DNA of 64,000 nucleotides from Cercozoa sp. M6MM (taxonomy: Eukaryota > Protista > Endomyxa: Ascetosporea). Location of the stretch: assembly GCA_040357565.1 (NCBI GenBank), contig JBDODJ010000014.1; one strand, written 5' to 3'. Positions within the stretch are counted from its first letter, which is position 1. The number at the start of each line of letters is the position of its first letter. Shown piece by piece: positions 36,536 to 49,027 of this stretch. The translations under genes were made by a program, and so were the position numbers. Below the pieces are notes generated by a model. It searched no databases and had not been told where the DNA came from. It saw nothing but the letters and a program-made list of their open reading frames with translations.

Positions 36536-38236
36536 ATGCGATTGTTGGGTAGTGTTCTGGCTCTCGTGGGCGCCGCCCAAGCGGCAACAACACAGAAGAC
36601 GCTGAGCGCAGTGATCGCCGGCACAAAGGATGCTTTTGTGACGGCGTTGCCGCAGGCTTTGTGTGACATGCCAACGTTGTCCGAAATCTCAGTCAGAGGT
36701 GCACTTCTTATGTTTGACGTTTTGTTGAAAGCTGGAGAAACGCTGCAGTTGACGAGTGCGGTATTTGGTTTAAACTTGATGTCGTAGCCAATCGACTGAC
36801 TTCGCACAAGTTCGCGCACGCAGGTGACGAAGTCGGCAAGATCATTGCCACCACGTGAGTTTTGGCTTAGTTTTCACCTTTAGCTTGTTACAAGCTTCCT
36901 TAAATCTTTGCTTTCATTCTTGAGTTTTCATTCTTGAGTTTTCATTCTTGAGTTTTCATGCTTGAGTTTTCATTTCATGAAAGCAGCGCGGGCCAGGAGC
37001 CGCGACTCTTTGGCGTGCTCGTGCAGGACGGCGTCGAGTCTTTGGACAAGCTCGTGGTGCCGGCGGCGCTGAGCGACCTGCGCTGCCAGGCGACTTTTGA
37101 TGAGGAGGACCTCAAGCTGGCCGATGTGCGCGATGCTCTTCGCGTGGCACGTCGACGCAACGCGGCCTCCATCGTGGGTGCCGGCGACGTCGCCTTCGCC
37201 CGTGAGGCGCGCGCTTCGCCGCGCATTGTTGACGACTCAGCCCACTACGACAAGGTGGCGCCCACCTTTGCCGCCACCGCTGCCGGTCGCGATTCCGACG
37301 TAGCTTTCTCTCTGCCTTGACTGAGGGGGGCTGCTTGTATCATGCTGCTTGACAGATGGTGCACAGCATCGACTACCGTGCTAGCAACGGCGAGGATGTG
37401 CACAGCAAGCAGACGACCACGCAGGTGGACACGCGACTGCAGGCGGCGGCACTGCCGGTGACTGTGACCATCACGGACGGCAAGGTGGTTGTCAACAACG
37501 GCACTGTTTCGAGCACGCCAATGCAGCGCTCGCTGTTGGCACCCTTCCTCGCCGAGGTTTCTGCGGCGTACCTTCTCTGCTTTGCTTTGGATTCACAGTC
37601 GTCTTGCTTTGTTCGCCATGTGTCTGTGCCTTCAGTCTGGAGGCGATCGAGAAACTCGAGAGTCTCGATGCCGCCAAGTATACGTCCAAGCACCCGCTGT
37701 CGTTCACGCTGGCTTTTGGTGCTTTCCGTCACTCTCCATGTGGATTCCTTGGGAGTTCTTTATCAACGTTCATCCGCAGTGCATCTGAAGGACGCCAAGA
37801 CTCACATCAAGGCCTCCGACGCCGCGCTGCTGGATGATCTCGCCGTGGCTACCAGTAAGTCTGCCTGCACACATATACGTTTGTTGTAAAGATAGGACAC
37901 ACGTGTGGTTTCAGTGTCCGAGGCACTCAAGGTCGGTAACGCCAAGTTCGGCGACTCGGCGCTCTTTGTCGTCAGCGCTGCCGACTTTGAAATCGTGCAC
38001 GAGACTCTGGATAAGGAATCCGTCGAGTACCGCACCTTGGTCTGGACGTCGCTTGCTCTGTACAGCGTTTTTTCTTTCTGGCCCTGCTGATGCTCTACCC
38101 GAGCTGGCGTTTGCTAAACAGGGCGGTTGCCGCGTACTTTGCCTTCTACTACGTCGCCTACATGCCGCTCGCCAAGGACTCGCTGCTATTTGTGCCGCCG
38201 TCGCTTCTCGAGCAGCGTTCCAACAAGCGGTCGTAG
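36536..38236 (+). CDS. V-ATPase accessory / (pro)renin-receptor-like type I membrane protein (ATP6AP2-like)
   Basis: Signal peptide MRLLGSVLALVGAAQA; C-terminal YRTLVWTSLALAVAAYFAFYYVAYMPLAKDSLLF resembles the ATP6AP2 TM plus M-x4-DS-LL/II-Y tail. Confidence 0.6.
36915..36972. repeat. 14-bp tandem repeat (CATTCTTGAGTTTT) x4 in an intron
   Basis: Directly visible. Confidence 0.9.
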
Positions 38237-38632
38237 ACTGACGATCGTTCCGTTCGGCTTCGATTTTCCGTTTCTTTAGTTGATCAGACTCGCGATCGCA
38301 TCGGGCGGGCCATAGCCCGAGACTTTCGTTTCAAGTTTCCGTCGCCAACGTTTACTGTAAACCAGGACCAGAGTGAGAGGGGACTGCCCCAATGACGCAT
38401 GGGATGTTTGACGGTTCGTGTCGCCAAGCTTACGTTACGTTCTTAGAAGACTGAACTCATTAAACGATCGTCGAAGTCGAAGGCATCTCCTAAGGAATTA
38501 AACGATTCACCGCTGCAGTTTGTAAATACCGGTAAACTGAGAGAGTCACCGCCGCATCTCCGACCGTCGGGTTCTTTGTTCGGCGAACTCTCGCCGACTT
38601 TCGATTAAATTACACTCAGATTTTCATTTCCC

Positions 38633-41600
38633 ATGGTTGTGGCCCGCATCGAGAGGCAATTAAAACGTCTCCATGATGCGGTTCAACGTCTCTTCGCTCG
38701 GTATGGAGAATTGGTAGCGAGGTAAATTACTGCTCACTTTTCTGCTTGGTCGATAGCGCTGTGCTGTCCAACAATGTGTTGTATTGTAGACACCCACGGA
38801 AGACAGTTTTGTTTGCAATCACGCTCTTTCTCGTCTGCAGCCTGTACCGATATTTGAGCGGAGGCTTCATGCTCCGACTGGATAAAACTATTAATTGCAC
38901 TCCCTCTCCTACATTTAGAGGTTGGATACGTTTTGAGGAGGAAGATGACAGCGAAAAGCTCTTCGCGCCGCAAGGGAGTCGTGCAGTGTAAGCGAAGTTC
39001 TGGCATTAACAAGTTTTCAGTACCCCCCCCCTCCATGGCATCTGCTCAGGCGAGAGTTCGATGAATTTCGACAGCTCTTCAGCTCGGAAATGAATCCTGT
39101 CACTGTGTAGTTTAACTTATACCATTTGTACAACTGCCTGTGACCCAGACTGGATCATTGCCTTTTGTGCATATAACTACAGTGAAGGTGGCACCTTTTT
39201 GATTCGCATGCGGGAGTCGCAGCCACTCGACCTCCTCACGGACGAAGCTATGTGGCGAATGATTGCTGATTTGTACTTTCGCATACGCACCTTGTATCGA
39301 TACGTTTTGCGAGGTGGTGTTTTGGTTGAACTTACTTTTGTTTTCGGCTCGCAGTGATGAAGCGTTGAGAACCGACCGATTCGACGGGAGCTACACTGCC
39401 ATGTGTCGCCTGGAAGGTGGCGCTTGCGAACTTATCAATCCTCTGACTCAGTTTCTCTCACAAAGCGATGCAAACCAAGCACGGAAAACCCCTATGCTGT
39501 CCCCACTGTCATTGGTCGACCTTCCTGCTGTTGTGTCCGCGCGGAGGTTCTGCTCGCCAATCTACCGAGACGTTTTAGCTTTACGAAACAGGGCCACCCA
39601 GACGGTGATAGCTCATGAAACAACACTTCCTGACGCGCAATGTCCCACGGGAATGAAGATAGGCGACGCTGTGGCGATCCTCGTTTCCTGGCCGATAAGT
39701 GCACCTTCTTCCAACGACGATGCGACCCTCGATTTTGCGCGCTCGGTTCTCGACTACGCTCTCGAGTACATCAACTTTCAGTGTAATCGCTATGGTACTG
39801 AAAGATACAGTACCAGCTGAACGTTTTTCCAGTGAGTTCAACTTCGAGCAACGTGCCCCGCGGCCACAAGTATTTTTCGCAAACGATGCCGCTTTCTCGC
39901 GTGAGCTGGTACCTTTAGTGTCATCGTGTTTTAGTGTCGTTGAATTTTACATCCCCCAAATGAAAAGGGCTCGGCGTTAACCCGCGACCTGTCATTTTTC
40001 GCTCTTTCCTTTGTGCTTCTAGCTGTGTTCACGTCAGGAGCCTTTTCGACTCGACGCTGCTGTAGCAACGCCGAGTCACGGAGCTTGCTCGCGGGTTTGG
40101 ACATTATTGGAGGACTTTTGTCCATCGGAAGTACGTTTCCTTTGACAATGCTTCTCGGCGTGAAGTTCAACACAGTGGTGGTACAAATACCCTCTTTCTC
40201 CATTTAACCGATACGCTTTCGCTTTTCTAGGGATTTCTGCCTTTTGTCCTGTTGGGAATATCCGTCGACGACACCTTCAGTTCGTTTTGCCTCGTGTTCC
40301 CTCAAACAAAGAAATTTTGTTTCGTTTGAGGGATATATTAAACTGGCTGGATCTTGCCCAGTTCTAACGCACACTCTGATTCACGTCGACAAGAATCACG
40401 ACGGATTTGGCGTAGAAGCGGACGACAGAAGGACCCGCGGAGAGCGTGTATTGTCAAAAACGCTATATTTGAGTGGAATTTCTGTCCTGCTTACATCTGC
40501 AACGGACTCCCTTGCTTTCGTGATCGGTGCTTGGACTACGAGCTTTTTAGCCGTGAAAAGCTTTTGCTATTTCGCCGCAGTCGGTGTTTTGTCCTGTAAC
40601 TTTGACTACTGGAGGATCTTTACCTTTCATGCAGGCACAGCATTGGACTTCGTGTTTCAAATCACGTATTATGCTGGCTTGATGTCGCTCGACGTGGAAC
40701 GAAGGAGTCTCAACAAGTCGTGTTGGTACCTAATAGCACTGTTTTTTCGACCGTCGCTCAGCAGACAGAGGCCTGAGAATGAAGATTCTTCCTCCGCTTC
40801 GACTTCTACTGTTTCTACTTCTACAAGCTCCAACTCCTCTCAATCTGCCCAAAACGTGCCAAGTAAGAGCGAAGAAGGGTTCAGCAGTAGCGAAAGTAAC
40901 AGCGAGAGAGAAGCAGTTGAAACCAATGACGCATCCTCAAGCGGCGAAGGAGAAGACACAGTTTTCACTGCCATTGAGCGGTATCAGACTGTTTCTTCAT
41001 GTTCAAAATAGAGCAAACCGAAGTCTGAAATGCAACTTGTGCAGTGGAACCGAGTTCAGTCTTTCGCGGAGATGGCAACGATTCATCGAAAAGGGCGTCT
41101 TTCGCTACGGTGTGCTGCTACACCTGCTGGTTTTAGCAGCTGCCGTCATCGGACTCATCGTGACGCCTCTGCAGAAGGGACAGGACGTTCAGCAACTCGT
41201 GCCTTTCGATTCTTTTCTTCGCGACTATTTTGATGCGCTCGAGGAGTTGTTTGAGAACACCGGTCCGCCTGTTGTAAGTCGTTCTTTTACAGTATATTGG
41301 TGGGTATACACTCACAGCAACCTCAATGCACAAGCATGAATACGTAGGACGTGATCGCCAAGCAACCTGCACTTTGGAACGAGAGCGCGCGGTATCTATC
41401 ATGATCTGTCATTGGATTTGTCAAAGTCGACCGAACCGTCTGAGTTTTCCAGAAATGAATGGCGCAGGCTCCAACGGAACTTCCAGAAACTTGACACCTG
41501 TACGACCAAGTTTTCTTCAGCTGCTCTAAGTACAGTGAGGAGAAGTTCCTTTTGCAGTCATACCGGAGTCGTTGCGTTCTTGGCTTGATGCGAGTATAAT

Positions 41601-43308
41601 AATTACTCCCTCTATTACAGTTCAATACAACAGAACAACAGGGCGTTTACATGTGTGCTATTTGCGTCGTAGTGGTGCGCTGGAATCGACAGACCATGGC
41701 CTTCAATGGGAGCTCTATTGATGGACTACCAACGGAAAGAACGACCTTCCATGCGCTGACTCGGCAGTTCTTGAACGACAGTACTACAGTTATCAACGGT
41801 ACCGTTGGCAGTAGTTTCGTCGAAGACGCCATATTTTCTTCGACAGATGACACGTACAACGCGTTTTCGTCTTCAGTTTGAACAAACTGTTTTTTGATTC
41901 TGTTTTAATCCAGTGTTTATGCTGTCATAACCAGAATTTCCGTGGCGAGGTTCACAATTCAGACTGTCACAATTGCAAAACCGTCTTTACGCCGTGAAAT
42001 CCTCGGTGACTCCTACGACACCATTGACGCTTTCAACAAAGTTGCTGTAAAATCTTCAGTTCTTCCTTGTTTCCTTGTCAACTGAAGCTCTTCGAAAACA
42101 TGTTTCCACGCTCAACATATACACAGAGTTTTCAAACGCTGGCAGTTAGCGAGAATTTGTTCAAATTCTTTGAGTCAGATGTCATCGTTGCGGATCAAAC
42201 GATTCTGACACTCGCGGTACTCCCGCTTGAAACATCCTCGGGGGATGATAACGTGTCTTGTCTTTTTTGTGCCAGTTGCTCATTGTGGCGGTGGCTTTGA
42301 TCTCCTTGCTCTTGATCTCTTCGCTGTTCGTCTTCCTGGCGGTTCTCGTGTACCTAGCTTCAGTCGACATTTGTGGTGCGATGCAGATGCACACAGTGTC
42401 CCCTATATATCTTAAGCCTCACGTGCGTTCTTGTCAATTCTCTTTCTGTGTAGTGTTGGGCTTTATGGCCTACTGGAACGAACCACTATCCACTGTTGGG
42501 CTGATCACTTTAGGTACAGTCCAGTCAGTACTTGTGGCGATTCATGTCTGCGGTTGTCGTTTGTTTGTGCAGTGATGTCGGTCGGGTTTTCAGTCGATTT
42601 GTACCATTTCCACTGCGAACATCTGTACTGTCTATGTGTAAGTTTCCTGTGTAGAGTAGCGCACACTGCACTGGCCTACGTCGAAACGCCGGTTGGAGTG
42701 ACGTCTCAGGTACAGTAAACTTACAATACACTGGCAGCGTGCAAATTAAAACTGTTTCCTTGCGAAACTGTCTCCACAGGCGACAACGACACACCAGCAA
42801 CGACAAAAGCGAGCGCTTTTCTCAATGGCCAAAGTGGGAAAACCTGTCTGTACCCTCTCTCCCTTTTTTCCTCTACTCTGGAAAGCTGTTCTTCCTTAAC
42901 TTTATACTCTGTGTGCATCCAAAAAGTGCTGTCGGGCGCTTCTACCCAAGTCGCAATCTTCCCTTCCGTTTTCTCTCTGTCTCCCATCTTTCGCTCGTTC
43001 TTTCGGATCATGAGTTTAGTGGTACCTCACAACTGGAACATGACCGAATCATGAGTTTACTATGGGCTCAGATCGGGCTGGGACTGTTGCACGGGCTGGT
43101 GTTTTTGCCGTCTTTTTTGTCGTGGGTAGGACCAACAACGCGTGCGGTTCCACCGGAAGAAGTTAGTGGCTCTGATACCACAGACAGTACCGACAACAGC
43201 GAGAGTCAGAGCAGCTTCGGCTCTGTCACCACAACGACGCGGACTCAAACTGAACTTGACGCGCCGTCGATGCCGACCGAGGCTGAGGGTCCAGGAAGAA
43301 AAATGTGA
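38633..43308 (+). CDS. Patched/NPC1-family sterol-sensing-domain RND protein (PTCHD3-like, no NPC1 N-terminal domain)
   Basis: ARHPRKTVLFAI N-terminal TM, EKLFAPQGSRA, LLGISVDDTF, GISVLLTSATDSLAFVIG, LVPFDSFLRDYF, SVGFSVD..AH, GLLHGLVFLPSFLSWVGP. Confidence 0.9.
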
Positions 43309-43612
43309 TTGTTTACGGTGTCATCCGTCCATCTAAGCAACCAGTGACAACTTAACCACGACTAGTAGAGGACGAGTGCTATTTAACTACTGATAACTAC
43401 TGTATATTTCGACAAGGATATAAACTTAAGTTTAGTTGTTTTGTTCTTGACAAACCGTGACGTGACGTGCCTTGCCTTGCCTGTACGAAGAGTCCGACCG
43501 GCATTGACGTGCACAAGCTTCGCAGTTCCAGGACGCATGACTGCGAAGAGGGCCCAACGCCAAGCACGCAGATACGGCCGTAGTAACAGTCAGCGCAAGG
43601 CTGCAGCCCAGT

Positions 43613-46600
43613 ATGTGGTGGTTGTTAACGTCGCTCGTCGTGACGAGTGCATTCGCGTCCTCCTCCGGAGCAAGATGGCTCCAGTACGTTCGCAAAGTGA
43701 CGGAACCAAATGACTTCGATACCGTAGAAGAAAAGTATTGCTGGCGTTTTGGGCCGACGAACGTTACAGATAGTACCGTACTGTACCGTAAACTTACTTT
43801 GTTGTGCAGTGGCATGTTCGTGTGCCGTATTCCGCTGACACTGCGACCACCAGCGAGTGAAAAACAATCTAATCATGGAGACCTGGTGTACACTAATATT
43901 CCCGTGCAGGTTTGCTCGGCTCTAAGAACAGATATAGTGAAGTGCACACGTTGTACCTTCAAGTTGCTGGACTGTAGGTTTGGCAACCCTGGGTGTCCAT
44001 GAAGCTGCACTTCAGCACTCCGCACTTTGTTGTCCACGTAGGGTTTGTCCTTGCATCTGGAGGCTAGGGTATGTAGCAGGTTTGTAGAGTGCGAATTTGC
44101 TGTTGACGACCAACTTGAACACGGAGAAGTGCATCGAACATGCCCAAAAGACCATGCGAAACATCAAGCATCGTGGCGGTGATAAATTTATGTCCAGGCA
44201 GGTGTTTAAAAAGAGTACTGAGACTATACAATCTGCAGGCATACGGACACCAACGCAACCTGCCCTGGAGAAAGCAGGCCGCGAGAACGACATCCTGGCG
44301 TGGAAGTTCCTCACCTCGCCAGAACGTCGGGTTGATTCTTTGTGTCCTCTGCCTACTGTATACTGTAGCCACTGTTTGTAGGGCTGGATAGCAGCGGCAG
44401 CAGGGAGTCTGTTAGGCACACTACTGCACGCGCCGAACAAAGAGACCCAAGGGTCGACAGAGGACGAGGAGTACACCCGCATTAACTATATGCTGCGTCG
44501 CTGCAATCTGCACGAGTTGAACGCACGTGTCACCGACAATGACACTGCTGATACCGACGGTGTCACTGATATTGATGGTGACATTCGCACATGCGCCAAA
44601 ACCGTGGCGGCCACTGCTGCACTCGTAAAGGCCTCGCTGGTACAGCACGGAGCTCTTGCTGCCTACATGTGTACCTCCCGACTGGAGGATGTGTCGGTTC
44701 GCAACAGGTATCGCGACTGGCGCTGGCGATAGAAACGCTGCAGAAACCGGCAATTCGAAATACCGCACAGCTGCGACACATGTTTTGTATCGAACCTGAA
44801 TGCTTACTTGTACAGACTTACTCGACACCTGACACAGGCCAGGAAGATACTGACACGGACTGCAAGCACTGGGTTGATCTCGACGGTATTGATGCCGTCG
44901 GCGAACTGCTTGAACTGCTGGCAACAACTACCAGCAGGAAGGACGGACGTCTCTACATGCGCGAGAAGAGAGTCGGCGAGGTCAAGGTGTGTTTAACCTT
45001 TTTCACTCTAAGTTGTTCAAGTGTACTGGGACTGCTGCGTAGGCCAAGATAGACGTCGGGTACCTCGGCACCCCCACAGTGTCACAAAGTAACATGCTCA
45101 TGCATCAACTACGCCAGATGGCTTCGCAGGTAACATACCTTTTGAGTTAGTAGGGAATAAAATGCGTGCCTGTGCGCTCAGGGATTCGCGTCGCACCGCG
45201 TTGTGTCGGCAGTTTACGCGCATGTGTTAAGCACTCTCGAAAAACACCGTCTGCACGAGCTGGCATCATCTGTCGACACCTACGACGTTGCCATCTCGCT
45301 CATTCAGCACCTTGCACATGTACCTTTGTAGTCTACCTCTGTACGTCTGATACTGAGGTGTGCCTTTGAAGAAAGAGATCCCGGCGGATGTGGATCACGA
45401 GTGGATACGACAGGCGTCGAAACTCCTACCGATAGACACGCACCAGTTGGTACTTTAGTGCCCTTGCCCCTCTGCCGTTTTACTTCCTTTACCCTCAGTT
45501 CGAACCGAGCGAGGAGATGCCAGAGCGAGAGGAGACACTCGACGCGATCGAATCGATAGTGTCGGTGCTGCGTTCCTTCAGCGAGACGGCTCAGCGACTG
45601 ATCGATCGTGCCAGTCAACTGGTGCCTGTACTCACGGTACTGCCCTCCTTCACCTTCAGTGTTGTCTACCAACTCTTGTCTAATGCACAGAAAGACATGT
45701 CGCCACATGGGGTCCGTAACTTCTTGGTACTACTTGAGGTGCTTAGACACGGTTGTTGATTGACTCAGCGAGAGGACACAACACACGCCGTTGTGAACAC
45801 TGCCGCCTCGACCTTTGTGAAGGCGTGGTTCCTCTTTGTGATGCCGCAGCAGTTCGACACTCTCGATGAGTACAATGTGGTACCTCTTCTTTTATTTTTT
45901 GGGATTGAGAGAGTCCGGCTCGTCCAACAGAGCGACTTGCTAGCTACGCACTATCCGGGAGAAACTGAGTTGGTACACACTGTTTTCTTCTGGGGTTTGG
46001 AGGGAAGTTATAGAGGACTATGTCTTTGGTAGTTGCCTTTGGTGGAAGATACGCGAAAACAAGTGATCGAAAAGACAGCGTTTTTGCTGGTTCTGTTCGA
46101 TGTTGTCTTCGGGGACCAGGACACCTCCGACGAGGGTGCTTTCTTTCTGATATTGTATTCACATCAGTATTCAAAGCCACACTGCACAGAAGAGGCAGAT
46201 GTGTCGGCACTGATGCACTTGCTGCTGCAGTGCTTTGCAGAGACACAGCTGCGACTGATGACAGAGTCGAGGTATGTCCCAGAGTTAGTGTTGGTAGAAT
46301 CTACTATGTATGTGTAGAGAGAATTATCTACCACTGGAAAAATTGCACGACGCCCTGCCTGCAGCCATGAAGACAGCTCTCTGCAAACTGCATGTGCACA
46401 TGCCACTTGGTCTCTTTTCACACCTTGACCCCCTTCCCTGCGTACAGTACTTTGACTGTACCACAGATGCCCAGATCACAATGATGTTCTTCTGCGAGGT
46501 CGACACTCCTCTCTTAACTGCTGTGCGAAAGGACCACGTCTCCGTATTGCCCGCCTATTTGGATACCAGTTGATTTCTTTTCTTTTGACAAGTGTTCTCA

Positions 46601-48832
46601 ATAGGCACGTCAAGCCGTCGAGCAGCTGCTTTCGACTGGCACTGCTGCCTCCTCGGAAGGTTGGCTGCAGGAAGCACAAGAAGTGATGGACTGGACACGT
46701 GACACGATCGCACGGAAGGATAACCTCGACTCGGTCGCTCAGTTGCAGAATAGGAAGGGTAGGTGTCTTGTGGGACTCTTTTTTTTTTTGTCGGGCTAGG
46801 CTTGTGTTCTCGTGACAGTGCCAGCACAAGCAATCTACCTCGCTTCGCTTGCTGCACGCAAAGTTGTCTCTGTAGAAGTAGACGCAGGTGTTTTCTGAAG
46901 TTTTTTTAAAGGTAAATATCAAAGACTGAAGTTGCAGAGGAGAGCGACGTGGTGCTAGTGCCGCAGTTCATTGTCGATTCCACGAGTGTTCCGGCCAAGG
47001 AAAACGACTCTCATGTAGTATTTCTTTTTGCTGTGATTCTTGTTGAATCTTAACAGTATGCAAACTATTTAGTTGCAAGTTGACTTTCTGGACGAGCTGC
47101 TAGCCAGTGAAGGAGCCACTACGAGGTACAATGGGTTGCTTCCTGTCTGTATCACAGAGGAGAGATAGTGTAGATGGCTGGCTCGGCACTTGTATCGTCA
47201 TATGTGGCGTCGCTATGCTGTCATGGTACCGAGTGTGTACCAGCCTGAGTTGTCTTTCGGTCGACGCACTTCTTGCAGGGAGCTGCGAGAACAAATGTCG
47301 ACGACGTGCCATGGAAGGACGTTCTCATTGGCTCCTCACTCTATGCAGCCTATGCTACTGCCCACTTCTGTACCACCGCATCGTCCTGACTTGTACGTGA
47401 CTATATCAAACACTGCTTTGGGTAGTGCACACTCATCACTACCTGACGGAGAAGGTGACAGCGGAGGCTGAAAGCGGGATCCGCGAGGCCAGTCAGTTGA
47501 TCCTGCAGTCGATCGCTTCAGCCGCACAGAGTTTCGAACTTTCTCTGCCCGAGGACTCACGGCAAGGCCTACACGACATCCTGTCTGTGCTGACATCTTC
47601 TGCGGTAGTAGACTTTACATCCAATGCAAGCACAGTTTAACCTCTGTATGAGCCCCAACAGAGTCCAGCACAGGTGCAAGAAGCCACCAGTCAGTTGATA
47701 GAGATGGTTTACGCCGACAGAAACAAGGGGGACAAGACAGATGCTCTTTCGAACGTCAAAACACAACTTTTCGCGGCACTCAACTCTGCTGCGACAGTGC
47801 TGGCTGTGTCGAAACAACTTGAAGCCACCCAAAGCAAATCGACGATTATGCTGCCAGCTGTGGAGTGGGAACACCTAAACAAGATCTTCGAATCGCCGTG
47901 GTCGCAGGAGGTGTTCCATGCTTTCATATTTACCACTAATGTGTCGTGCCCCTTTGAGAGTAAACTTTAATGAGTCGGTTACAGGAACTGAGAGCCATTG
48001 TTGGATCCAAGTCGATGCAGCGACTGCAGTTGCCTCTCCCGGAACCCCATAAGTATAACTGACTCCTGTGCGATTGTACCAGACTTCAACAACAAAAGTT
48101 GTCTCGTAGACATCAACTGCTGCCGAGCACAGCTGTGCTGTCCCTGATGCTTCCACTGAAGTTGGTGCACACATGCGTTCTGCTGCCGAACGAGTACAGT
48201 TCGGGCGACCCGAACGCAGAGACTTCGCTGTCTGATATGATGACAATGATGCTGCAGATGCAAGGTACACTGACATTTGCTTGCCACCAGCTATTAGCTT
48301 TGCGTACATCGTTTATATCTTAGGACGGTCGATGGGTCTCTCGAACAACCCACTCTTCAGCAGTATGTCGGACAGTCACATCAAGAAAGGTGCCAGTTTC
48401 GGCACAGTTTCGCTGACGTGGCTCGACACTGCCGTTGCGACCAGCGACTCGCCCGGGCTGACCACTGCCGCACCAGTGACCGCCATGCTGGAAGAATTCG
48501 AAAGAGTGAAGGAAGTCGCAACTACCCTTTTAAAAGGATCCCACGAGGCGGCACGAAACCTTCGCAAGCAGCACTCGTCTGTGCGAGAAAAACGCTCCGA
48601 AAGCACAAGCTTGTCGTCTTGGCCACGGGTTGCCACGAGCTGGCCAGTGCAGTCTCTGTTTGCGCTGCTTCTGCAGATCTACATCGCATTCGCCCATATT
48701 TTCGCTCAAGGATGGCAGCTCTTCTCCCAAGCGCTCACTTTCCGTGCCGCATCACCGCCAACTCCTGCAAACTCTGGCTCACAGTCAACCAGCGTTCAGG
48801 AGAATCGGGAGGACATACACGACATCGACTAA
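43613..48832 (+). CDS. Large orphan protein with predicted signal peptide and C-terminal hydrophobic segment
   Basis: Start MWWLLTSLVVTSAFASSS, a chain of spliceable exons, and a last exon with VQSLFALLLQIYIAFAHIFA and stop at 48832. No family motif recognised; may be more than one gene. Confidence 0.45.
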
Positions 48833-49027
48833 GGGAATTTATGCTATTGTACAGTAAACAAGTCATAGTAGACGCGAGCGTCCAGCTTCTTTGCCAATCT
48901 TAGTGTATCCAACTGACGATTGACTTCCCAGTTGGCATATTTATAAATTGAAGAAACGTCCAGCTTTGACCGGGACTCGACAAATTCCACACTAGAATCA
49001 AGCCCATTGCTACCCTTATTGCGCCAA

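Noticed and set aside
36915-36972. Short direct repeats as a CRISPR-like array (also 59364-59421, 20315-20375)
   Set aside because: Head-to-tail minisatellites without spacers, in eukaryotic introns, with no cas genes.
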